Source: Bacteroidaceae bacterium (lineage in GTDB: Bacteria; Bacteroidota; Bacteroidia; Bacteroidales; Bacteroidaceae). From it: a DNA stretch of 64,000 nucleotides. The stretch spans positions 84,351 through 148,350 of the forward strand of contig CAAGLA010000034.1 of the NCBI GenBank assembly GCA_900770655.1, written 5' to 3'. Below the pieces are notes generated by a model. It had not been told where the DNA came from. It saw nothing but the letters and a program-made list of their open reading frames with translations, and searched no databases. This document shows positions 1 through 7,595 of the stretch, one piece after another (within the stretch, counting starts at the first letter, position 1; each line of letters starts with the position of its first letter). The position numbers and the translations under genes were made by a program.

Positions 1-2431
1 TCACCTTAAGCGTGTCTGTGTTGGCTATGCCTGCCACTCCGCTTATCTTCAAATATTGGCTTTCGTTGTAGAGGCTAATGTTCTCGACAGAAAGTCTCTC
101 TAAATTCCCTGAAACAGTTCCTTCCGATATTTCCCAGATACTGTCGTTGTGCAGTATGACATCGTTGTATATTCTTGCATTTATATCAACCGGTCCCGAA
201 TTGTTTTCGGCAAGTGTAGCGTCGAATCTTAATCTTCCTTTTGTATGTGGTCCAGTGGCGATATTTCCTCTTTGTCTGTGGTTGTCCCAATCTATGGAGC
301 TTCTTATAGTGTCGTTCTTTATTTCTGTATCAAGCCCTATGACTATATCGTTCCCGGTATCGTTATAGTTGAAACTTCTTTTGTTCTTTATTATGGGCTT
401 GTGTATTTTTGATGTCAGGCTGAACCTTGTATCGTTTGAATTGCCCGAGAATTCAATCTTTCTGTATAGCCCGCCGGCAATCTCTATATTGTTGGCCAAA
501 AAGGTTAGTGTATATATATCTTCCTTGTCGTCGCAAATTCCGGAAACGGCAATATCCTCGTTTATTGCAAGCGGAAAGTTGAACATACTCTGCAGAATGT
601 CGGTCCTTTTTATCTCTAATGTGTAGAAGAGGTCGTTTGTCCTCTCTCTTGTTGTTGCGTTGACAATATTCAGCGAAGGGATATGTTTGCTTATAGCATC
701 GGCAAAACTTCCCGGCAGTGTTCCAATGTTGAACTCGCCAATGATGCTTCCTTTGATAAAATCGGAATTTATGGCAAGTATACGCTCTTCTTCGTTCCGG
801 TTATCTACAATATAGATATTTCTGATAACACTTTGTTTGTCGTCGTTTGTAATTGTGAAGCGGTCAATGTTTGCTGTGGTACTGTTATTGCCGTTGGCCT
901 TTTGCGTGAATGTACCGCTTGCTACAAATGAATATACGTTATCTGTTTTACTGTTGAGGATGTTTAATGCTTCGGGGTTGAATGCTCTGACGCTCAGTCC
1001 TATTTTTGCGTTGCTGTTCCTTGTATTGTCGACTTCAATCTCTACATCGGCTGTGAGGTTGGGGTCTTCTGTGCTTGCATACACATCGACCTTGTTCCTG
1101 TAGGCGTTGCCTTTTATGACTATGGGCGCATAATTGTAGTTGTTGAATTTCAGGTTTGTTATTTCGCTGTTGAATTCGGCAATCTTGTCGGGTGAGTTTA
1201 TATTGCCGTTTGCTGTTGCTGTAATGTTGCAATGCTGCAGGTCTTTTATCCCTGCAAGCCTGCTTAACAGGATGTTGTTGCCTTGCAGGCGTGCATTGTA
1301 ATGGCCAGTGCTGTCCAAATTTGCTGTGGCAAATACCGCGCCATTGCCGTTGCTTGCTTGCAGGTTGAATGAGAGGGCGTTTTCTGAAATATGCCCTTCG
1401 CCGTTGAAAGTGAGGTCTCCGCTCAGGTATTTGGCTATGGTGTTGTTGCCAAAGAGCGTGGAAACAAACTCTGTAGTGGTCTCCTCTATTAGTGCGTCGT
1501 GTACGAAAAGGGTTAAACTTCTCTCTTCACTTCTTGGTTTAGAGAGTATGACTTCGGCACTAATCTTAGAACAATTATCAATGCTGTTTAAAGAGATATC
1601 TGCATTGGCTGCATCGGGGCTTAGTTTATACTGGGCATTGAAGGATATTTGCGGTATGTCGTAGCCGAGTTTGGGGTGCAGGGCTGCAAAATCCTGCATA
1701 GAGAAACAGTTGCTTCTCAATTCACCTGTGACAGTTGGCTGTGTCAGGCTGTCGCTGCCTAAGATTATATCAACACTGTCGGAAAGGAGGTTCCCGTTGG
1801 GCAGTTTTATCTCCAAGTGTCTTAACTTTATAATATCGGGCGAAGCATTCACTCTAGCTCTGAATCCGTTAAGTTCGAGCCCGCTTCTCTCTTTCCCTCT
1901 TATGGAACGCAGATATATGCTTAAAGTGTCGCTGCTGAAACTCTTTAGCGATACATTGCAGCCAAAATCGGTAATCTCAATGTGGTTGCTGTCGAACCTG
2001 TCGCCTTTTTGTGCAAGGCTTTTTATGTCGTATGTGAATTTCCCGTCGTAGACAATAAGCTGGTTTATGCTCAGTGAAAATCCTTTTTTCTCTTTGTTGC
2101 TCTGCTTGTTGGCGATATTGTCTATAATGAATTGTATATTAAGTTCTCCTTCGGGCGTTTCGCGGCTAAGCCTTATCTGAGGTTCGGCAAATGTTATGGT
2201 ATTTATGCTCAGCTTGTTGTCGAGCAGGTCTAGTACTGAAATATGCGCAGTTGCTTCAGCTGCATTAATTATTGTGTCGCCGTCATTGCCTTTTATTGCA
2301 ACTTCCTTAAGCAGAAGCTCGTCGAGATTCCTCACCTCCAGCCTTTGTATGCTAATGGGAATGTTGTACTCACTCACTATGCTTTCTGCTATATACGCAG
2401 CAAGCCGGCGCTGCAGGGCGTCGAGTCTCAT
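1..2431 (-). CDS. AsmA/TamB-like translocation-and-assembly-module protein, N-terminal ~810 aa (3' end runs off the window start)
   Basis: I translated the reverse frame at both ends and it is open there (5' end ...MRLDALQRRLAAYIAESIVSEYNIPISIQRLEVRNLDELLLKEV...; window edge ...NISLYNESQYLKISGVAGIANTDTLKV), and both ends share one frame. Only short shadow ORFs occur on the + strand. A hydrophobic signal-anchor (KIFKYIFITLSVIIAVFYLLL) is encoded just upstream of the first ATG (2431). The ORF is absent from the track because its stop lies outside the window. The family call rests on size, the N-terminal anchor and a beta-rich repetitive character. Confidence 0.6.
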   Translation of the reverse strand, partial: MRLDALQRRLAAYIAESIVSEYNIPISIQRLEVRNLDELLLKEVAIKGNDGDTIINAAEATAHISVLDLLDNKLSINTITFAEPQIRLSRETPEGELNIQFIIDNIANKQSNKEKKGFSLSINQLIVYDGKFTYDIKSLAQKGDRFDSNHIEITDFGCNVSLKSFSSDTLSIYLRSIRGKERSGLELNGFRARVNASPDIIKLRHLEIKLPNGNLLSDSVDIILGSDSLTQPTVTGELRSNCFSMQDFAALHPKLGYDIPQISFNAQYKLSPDAANADISLNSIDNCSKISAEVILSKPRSEERSLTLFVHDALIEETTTEFVSTLFGNNTIAKYLSGDLTFNGEGHISENALSFNLQASNGNGAVFATANLDSTGHYNARLQGNNILLSRLAGIKDLQHCNITATANGNINSPDKIAEFNSEITNLKFNNYNYAPIVIKGNAYRNKVDVYASTEDPNLTADVEIEVDNTRNSNAKIGLSVRAFNPEALNILNSKTDNVYSFVASGTFTQKANGNNSTTANIDRFTITNDDKQSVIRNIYIVDNRNEEERILAINSDFIKGSIIGEFNIGTLPGSFADAISKHIPSLNIVNATTRERTNDLFYTLEIKRTDILQSMFNFPLAINEDIAVSGICDDKEDIYTLTFLANNIEIAGGLYRKIEFSGNSNDTRFSLTSKIHKPIIKNKRSFNYNDTGNDIVIGLDTEIKNDTIRSSIDWDNHRQRGNIATGPHTKGRLRFDATLAENNSGPVDINARIYNDVILHNDSIWEISEGTVSGNLERLSVENISLYNESQYLKISGVAGIANTDTLKV

Positions 2432-2634
2432 TGTCTGCAATAACAGATAGAAAACTGCTATTATAACCGACAGGGTGATGAATATGTATTTAAATATCTT
2501 TATGTTTCAGCAGTTTTTTTGCATTCTTTCCTCTGCGGGAAAGCTAATCGATAAATAACTTTTTGCGAAGATACTCATTTTTGGTGATAACTTAAAAATA
2601 CTTTAAGTATTTTCCTTCTTCGGGATAAAATGAG

Positions 2635-2642
2635 TAACTTTG
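2635..2642 (+). promoter_or_regulatory. Bacteroidota-type -7 promoter box (TAACTTTG, consensus TAnnTTTG) upstream of the SLC13 permease gene
   Basis: Exact TAnnTTTG match 44-65 nt upstream of the candidate starts (GTG 2686 / ATG 2707), in a 250-nt divergent intergenic region. Confidence 0.45.
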
Positions 2643-2706
2643 TAATTCATTTTGCAAAAGGCCGTATCCTGTTGTTGAAAGGCCTGTGAATTATAAACTG
2701 CAGCTT

Positions 2707-4569
2707 ATGATAGAAAAAATAGAGACTTTGGCTATACTGCTTTTTTCGGTTATGTTTTTCATAACAGGAAAGATACGCTCCGATATTGTTGCGCTTTGCG
2801 CTCTTGTGGCGCTTATTGTGTTGGGAATTCTTACCCCCGAAGAGGCGCTTTCAGGCTTTTCGAGCACGGTTATAATAATGATGGTGGGCCTTTTTGTCGT
2901 GGGCGGTGCCATATTCCAGACAGGCCTTGCCAAAATGATAAGCTCCCGCCTTATGAAGTTCGCAGGCAACAGCGAAGTTAAACTCTTTGTTCTAGTTATG
3001 CTTGTGACATCTCTTATGGGTGCCTTTGTCAGCAATACCGGAACTGTGGCCATAATGATACCTATTGTCGTGAGTATGGCAATGAGTGTTAAGATGAACC
3101 CTAGCAGGCTGCTTATGCCACTTGCGTTCGCCAGCAGTATGAGCGGTATGATGACTCTCATTGGTACTCCACCAAACCTTGTCATCAACGAAACGCTTAT
3201 AAAAGCCGGAGAGCCGGGGCTGGGCTTCTTCACATTCTTGCCGGTGGGTATAATATGTGCCGTTGTAGGCTCTTTGCTTCTCTATCCTTTGAGCAAGAGA
3301 TTCCTCTCTAAGCCCGGAGCGTTGAGCGGAGCCAGTGCCAGCAGCGGCAAATCGCTTAAAACGCTTGTGGCAGAATACGGTATTGCAAACAGCGTGCATA
3401 GGGTCAGTGTCGGTCCTGCATCGACTGTTGTGGGGAAGGCTATTGGTGAACTCGATATAAGAAAAAAATATGCTCTTAACATCATTGAGGTTCGCCATTT
3501 GGAGCGTAGCCAGCGCAATTTGCTCTCGAAAAATGTTGTGCAGATGGCCGCCGATCCCGATACAATTCTTCGAGTCGACGATATTCTGTATATGTCGGGG
3601 TCGGGGGAGGCTGTGGCGCGTTTTGCAGCCGATTATAGCCTAGAGGTTGTGTCACAGGAAGATAGCGCAAGCGGCAATGCTCTCGATTTCTACGATATAG
3701 GTGTGGCAGAAATAGTGCTTATGCCTTCGTCGTCAATAGTAAACAAGACTATAAAGGAGGTTGAATTCAGAAGCAAATACAATGTGAGTGTTCTCGGCAT
3801 CTGCCGCAAAAACAGATATATATTGCAGGGTATAGCCGATGAAACAATCCATTCGGGCGATGTGCTGCTGGTGCAGGGTACTTGGAATAATATAGCAGCT
3901 CTTGAAAAGGAGAGTAATGAATGGATTGTGGTGGGGCGCCCGCTCGAGGAGGCAGCAAAGGTTACCCTCGACTATAAAGCCCCTGTTGCAGCCATCATAA
4001 TGCTCTCGATGATAGCTGTAATGGTTTTCGATTTCATCCCCATTGCGCCTGTGACAGCTGTTATGATAGCCGGTTTGTTAATGGTTTTGACTGGGTGCTT
4101 CAGGAACGTTGAGGCTGCATACAAGACCATAAATTGGGAAAGCATTGTGCTTATAGCTGCAATGATGCCAATGTCAAAGGCTCTGGAGAGTACCGGCATA
4201 TCTGCTTGGATATCTCAAACGCTTGTATCTTCGCTCGGTGGCTACAGCCCCATATTGTTGCTTGCCGGTGTATACTTTACTACTTCGCTGCTGACAATGT
4301 TCATAAGCAATACGGCTACTGCGGTTCTTATGGCTCCTATAGCTATGCAAAGTGCTGTTGAAATTGGTGTAAGCCCGGTGCCGATGCTTTTCGCTGTCAC
4401 TCTTGGAGCAAGCCTGTGTTTCGCATCGCCATTCTCGACACCGCCTAACGCGCTTGTTATGCCGGCAGGGCAATATACATTCTCCGATTACGTGAAAGTA
4501 GGCTTGCCTTTGCAAATAATATTGGGAATAGTGATGATTCTAATCCTGCCGCTTCTCTTTCCATTCTAA
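2707..4569 (+). CDS. SLC13/DASS-family anion permease with two internal TrkA-C (RCK_C) domains
   Basis: The track ORF starts at GTG 2686; I used the first ATG at 2707. Two polytopic membrane halves flank a soluble ~210-aa insert. The insert carries two TrkA-C-like segments (VGKAIGELDIRKKYALNIIEVRH; VNKTIKEVEFRSKYNVSVLGICR). The motifs GILTPEEALSGFSS and SNTATAVLMAPIA are typical of this permease family. Confidence 0.85.
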   Translation: MIEKIETLAILLFSVMFFITGKIRSDIVALCALVALIVLGILTPEEALSGFSSTVIIMMVGLFVVGGAIFQTGLAKMISSRLMKFAGNSEVKLFVLVMLVTSLMGAFVSNTGTVAIMIPIVVSMAMSVKMNPSRLLMPLAFASSMSGMMTLIGTPPNLVINETLIKAGEPGLGFFTFLPVGIICAVVGSLLLYPLSKRFLSKPGALSGASASSGKSLKTLVAEYGIANSVHRVSVGPASTVVGKAIGELDIRKKYALNIIEVRHLERSQRNLLSKNVVQMAADPDTILRVDDILYMSGSGEAVARFAADYSLEVVSQEDSASGNALDFYDIGVAEIVLMPSSSIVNKTIKEVEFRSKYNVSVLGICRKNRYILQGIADETIHSGDVLLVQGTWNNIAALEKESNEWIVVGRPLEEAAKVTLDYKAPVAAIIMLSMIAVMVFDFIPIAPVTAVMIAGLLMVLTGCFRNVEAAYKTINWESIVLIAAMMPMSKALESTGISAWISQTLVSSLGGYSPILLLAGVYFTTSLLTMFISNTATAVLMAPIAMQSAVEIGVSPVPMLFAVTLGASLCFASPFSTPPNALVMPAGQYTFSDYVKVGLPLQIILGIVMILILPLLFPF

Positions 4570-4617
4570 ATGTTATAAAAATTCTGCCAAAATTGCTTGT
4601 TTTTGGTAATTAATATG

Positions 4618-4625
4618 TAATTTTG
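4618..4625 (+). promoter_or_regulatory. Candidate -7 promoter box (TAATTTTG) upstream of the sigma-54 activator gene
   Basis: Exact TAnnTTTG match 19 nt upstream of ATG 4644. It lies inside the TTG-4623-extended ORF, which argues for the ATG start. Confidence 0.4.
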
Positions 4626-4643
4626 TCAGCAAAAGAGTTGAGT

Positions 4644-5873
4644 ATGAATATAGCAGAGGTGCAAAAAGCAAAACAGCAATTCGGAATAATAGGAAGTGAC
4701 CCGGCTTTGCTCAGGGCTATAGATACGGCTATACAGGTGGCACATACCGACCTCACGGTCCTTATAACCGGCGAGAGTGGAGTGGGCAAGGAGTTTTTCC
4801 CTAAGATAATACATTCAAACAGCGTGCGCAAGCACGGCAAGTATATAGCTGTGAACTGTGGAGCAATACCCGAGGGTACAATAGATTCAGAACTCTTTGG
4901 CCACGTCAAGGGTGCGTTCACTGGTGCTGTAAGCGAGCGTAAGGGGTATTTCAGTGAGGCGAACGGCGGAACTATATTTCTCGACGAGGTTGCCGAACTT
5001 CCTCTTTCAACTCAGGCGAGGCTTTTGCGTGTGCTGGAGAATGGCGAGTTCTTTCGTGTGGGCTCGTCTGATGTTGAAAAAACCGATGTACGTATAGTAT
5101 GCGCCACAAATGTAGACCTGCCTTCGGCAATAGCCGAGGGACGTTTCCGTGAAGACCTCTATTATCGTCTCAACACTGTGCCGGTGTGTGTGCCGCCTCT
5201 GCGCAAGCGTGGCGAGGATGTAGTGCTCCTGTTCAAGAAGTTCTCAATGGATTTTGCCACAAGGTATAATGTTCCCCGTGTACAGATAGATGAAACTGCG
5301 AAGCAGGCGCTTATGGCGTACTCTTGGCCGGGAAATATCCGTCAGCTAAAGAATGTGGCAGAACAGATATCTATTCTGGAACTCAATCGCGATGTCGATG
5401 GCGCAGTGCTCTCAAATTATTTGCCAAAGCAAGAAAAGGTGAATCTTCCAATGTTCGCGGGCCAGCACAGCGGGGAGAAAAAGACATTTGAGAGCGAACG
5501 TGAAATTCTATATAGTGTGCTGTTCGATATGCGTCGCGATATAACAGAGCTGAAGAACCAGATAGAGAGCCTTAGAGCATCCCGGAAGGATAACAAGGAT
5601 GTACACTATTATGCCGATGCACAAGAGGTGCCGGTGTTGCAGCATCCGGTTCAGCCGGTACATCAGCTGCACCCTTCAACAGTGCATATAGAACCGGCTC
5701 CTGCTATTGTAGACGAATATGTTGAAGAGACACTCTCTTTGAACGATGTTGAGAAAAAAACCATTCAGCTTGCTTTGGAACGCAATAAAGGCAAACGCCG
5801 GAATGCTGCAAAGGAACTGAATATTTCGGAGCGTACTCTTTACAGAAAAATAAAGGAATATGGTATTGAATAA
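4644..5873 (+). CDS. Sigma-54-dependent Fis-family transcriptional activator (bEBP) without an N-terminal sensor domain
   Basis: AAA+ sigma-54 interaction module with Walker A GESGVGKE, the GAFTGA loop (HVKGAFTGA) and Walker B TIFLDEV. C-terminal Fis-type HTH (AAKELNISERTLYRKIKEYGI). The AAA+ domain starts within ~20 residues of the N-terminus. Confidence 0.9.
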   Translation: MNIAEVQKAKQQFGIIGSDPALLRAIDTAIQVAHTDLTVLITGESGVGKEFFPKIIHSNSVRKHGKYIAVNCGAIPEGTIDSELFGHVKGAFTGAVSERKGYFSEANGGTIFLDEVAELPLSTQARLLRVLENGEFFRVGSSDVEKTDVRIVCATNVDLPSAIAEGRFREDLYYRLNTVPVCVPPLRKRGEDVVLLFKKFSMDFATRYNVPRVQIDETAKQALMAYSWPGNIRQLKNVAEQISILELNRDVDGAVLSNYLPKQEKVNLPMFAGQHSGEKKTFESEREILYSVLFDMRRDITELKNQIESLRASRKDNKDVHYYADAQEVPVLQHPVQPVHQLHPSTVHIEPAPAIVDEYVEETLSLNDVEKKTIQLALERNKGKRRNAAKELNISERTLYRKIKEYGIE

Positions 5874-5874
5874 T

Positions 5875-6390
5875 ATGAAAAAATATATGCTGAAGCTATC
5901 TCTGCCGTTCTTTGCGGTGCTGTTGCTGGCCGGTTGTTCTGTTAGCTATAAATTTACCGGTGCGTCAATAGACTATACTAAGGTGCACACTGTTTCAATA
6001 GAGCAGTTCCAGAACCGTGCGGCCTACCAGTGGGGACCTATGGCAACAATGTTCAATGAGGCTTTGACCGACGCCTTTGTGCAGCAGACTAAACTGGAAC
6101 AGGTAGCACGTGGCGGAGATTTGCAGCTGGCGGGTGAGATTACATCGTACGACCAGTTCAACAAATCAATATCTTCCGACGGTTACTCTTCTATGGTTCA
6201 GCTGAAGATGACGGTAAACGTGCGCTTTACAAACAATACCAACCACGACGAAGACTTTGAACGTCAGTTTAGCGCTACACGCGACTTCGATGCAACACAG
6301 TCGCTCGATTCTGTTCAGGAAGAACTTGTGGGACAGATGATTAAGGAAATTGTTGAGGCCATATTCAATGCGGCTGTAGCAAACTGGTAA
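5875..6390 (+). CDS. lptE: LptE-family LPS-assembly lipoprotein
   Basis: Lipoprotein signal ending LLLAGC|S, ~171 aa. ATG 5875 directly follows the upstream stop (5871-5873). Size, lipobox and position between the sigma-54 activator and secG match the conserved Bacteroidota arrangement as I recall it. Confidence 0.7.
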   Translation: MKKYMLKLSLPFFAVLLLAGCSVSYKFTGASIDYTKVHTVSIEQFQNRAAYQWGPMATMFNEALTDAFVQQTKLEQVARGGDLQLAGEITSYDQFNKSISSDGYSSMVQLKMTVNVRFTNNTNHDEDFERQFSATRDFDATQSLDSVQEELVGQMIKEIVEAIFNAAVANW

Positions 6391-6393
6391 CAG

Positions 6394-7101
6394 ATGGAGA
6401 GTTTAAAAGAATACATACTCAATCCCGAAAAGCTCAATCGTAATACTCTTTACGAACTGCGTCTTATAGTGGGCAAGTACCCCTATTTCGACGTAGCCCG
6501 CTTACTGATGCTGAAAAATCTCTATATTCTTCACGATATAGAGTTTGGCAAAGAGATGCGCAAGGCTGCCATATATCTTAAAAGCCGTTGGCCTCTGTTC
6601 GAACTTATGGCGGGCTATGGGGTGGTGGAGCAAATGGACAATGCTCCCGCCGATATCCCTGTAGACAGGACAATGTCTCTTATTGATGCTTTCCTGAGTA
6701 CCTTGCCCGGCGATTCATTCTCTCTTGAGGCCGAAGGTGCAGCCGCGGTCGACTATGTTTCGGCATATCTCAAGGATAGTGAGCCTTTGCAAGAGCCGGT
6801 GCCGGCTCTTCGTGGTCAAGACCTTATAGACGATTTTCTTGCAGCCGACAATGAAAGGATTACATTCGACTTAGGCAAGGATGCAGAACAGCTGGAAACA
6901 AAATCCACCGCAGAAGAGGATGCTGCGGAACCGAGTTTCTTTACAGAAACATTGGCAAACATATATATAAAGCAAGGTAAATATGAGAAGGCTCTTGAAA
7001 TTATTAAACGATTATATTTGGAATATCCAAATAAAAATCGTTACTTTGCAGACCAAATAAGATTCTTGGAAAAAATAGTAAAACATACAAAAAAGGAATA
7101 A
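6394..7101 (+). CDS. Hypothetical cytoplasmic protein with a C-terminal TPR-like helix pair
   Basis: 235-aa ORF packed 3 nt after lptE and 1 nt before secG, with no signal peptide. The C-terminus LANIYIKQGKYEKALEIIKRLYLEYPNK is TPR-like. Function unknown. Confidence 0.75.
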   Translation: MESLKEYILNPEKLNRNTLYELRLIVGKYPYFDVARLLMLKNLYILHDIEFGKEMRKAAIYLKSRWPLFELMAGYGVVEQMDNAPADIPVDRTMSLIDAFLSTLPGDSFSLEAEGAAAVDYVSAYLKDSEPLQEPVPALRGQDLIDDFLAADNERITFDLGKDAEQLETKSTAEEDAAEPSFFTETLANIYIKQGKYEKALEIIKRLYLEYPNKNRYFADQIRFLEKIVKHTKKE

Positions 7102-7102
7102 T

Positions 7103-7444
7103 ATGCTAGTTTTTAGTGTTGTACTTATAGTAATAGTTGCAGTTCTGATGTGTCTGATTGTATTAATCCAGAACTCAAAAGGTGGTGGTTTGGCTTCGGG
7201 TTTCGCTTCGTCGAACCAGATTATGGGTGTTAGAAAGACAACAGACTTCCTTGAGAAGGCAACTTGGACATTGGCTGCATTAATGGTAGTGCTTAGCATT
7301 GTTTCGGCATACGCTTTGGTGTCGAACGACAAGGTTGAAGCCGGTTATACAGGCCAGCAGGCTGTACCGGCGGCTCCTGCGGCTCCTGCAGCTCCTGCAC
7401 CAGCAGCTGTTCCTACACCAGCAGAACTCCCTGCCGGTAACTGA
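7103..7444 (+). CDS. secG: Preprotein translocase subunit SecG
   Basis: Two TM helices and the conserved LIQNSKGGGLASGF motif. 113 aa with a Pro/Ala-rich C-terminal tail. Confidence 0.9.
   Translation: MLVFSVVLIVIVAVLMCLIVLIQNSKGGGLASGFASSNQIMGVRKTTDFLEKATWTLAALMVVLSIVSAYALVSNDKVEAGYTGQQAVPAAPAAPAAPAPAAVPTPAELPAGN
7370..7396 (+). repeat. Three tandem 9-nt units (GCGGCTCCT GCGGCTCCT GCAGCTCCT) encoding (AAP)3 in the SecG tail
   Basis: Read directly: gcg gct cct gcg gct cct gca gct cct, in frame with secG, followed by the degenerate continuation gca cca gca gct gtt cct. Confidence 0.9.
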
Positions 7445-7468
7445 TTACTGTAAGGTTAAGGTTTTTTA

Positions 7469-7499
7469 TTAGCCGGTGCATTTGCATCGGCTAATTTTG
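7469..7499 (+). terminator. Rho-independent terminator downstream of secG
   Basis: Hairpin TTAGCCGGTGCA-tt-TGCATCGGCTAA (12-bp stem with one G-T pair) followed by TTTTG. It starts 25 nt after the secG stop. Confidence 0.7.
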
Positions 7500-7547
7500 T
7501 ATTGCAATAAACAATCTGTATTTTGCAGAGCGTTTGCTATAATATAT

Positions 7548-7578
7548 CAAAGCCCCCGGCAACTTGCCGGGGGCTTTG
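7548..7578. terminator. GC-rich palindromic hairpin, likely terminator of the convergent DUF349 gene (possibly bidirectional)
   Basis: CAAAGCCCCCGGCAA-c-TTGCCGGGGGCTTTG, with 15-nt perfectly complementary arms. It lies 18 nt downstream of the minus-strand stop at 7596. Confidence 0.65.
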
Positions 7579-7595
7579 ATGTTGTTATAGGGTTG

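Noticed and set aside
78-2450. A series of 60-126-aa + strand ORFs (78-368, 369-626, 1308-1664, 1671-2051, 2196-2450, etc.)
   Set aside because: They are shadow ORFs opposite one long minus-strand frame (the TamB-like gene). I translated that frame at both ends and it is in phase. Their translations are low-complexity (Ser/Leu/Phe-rich) with no motifs.
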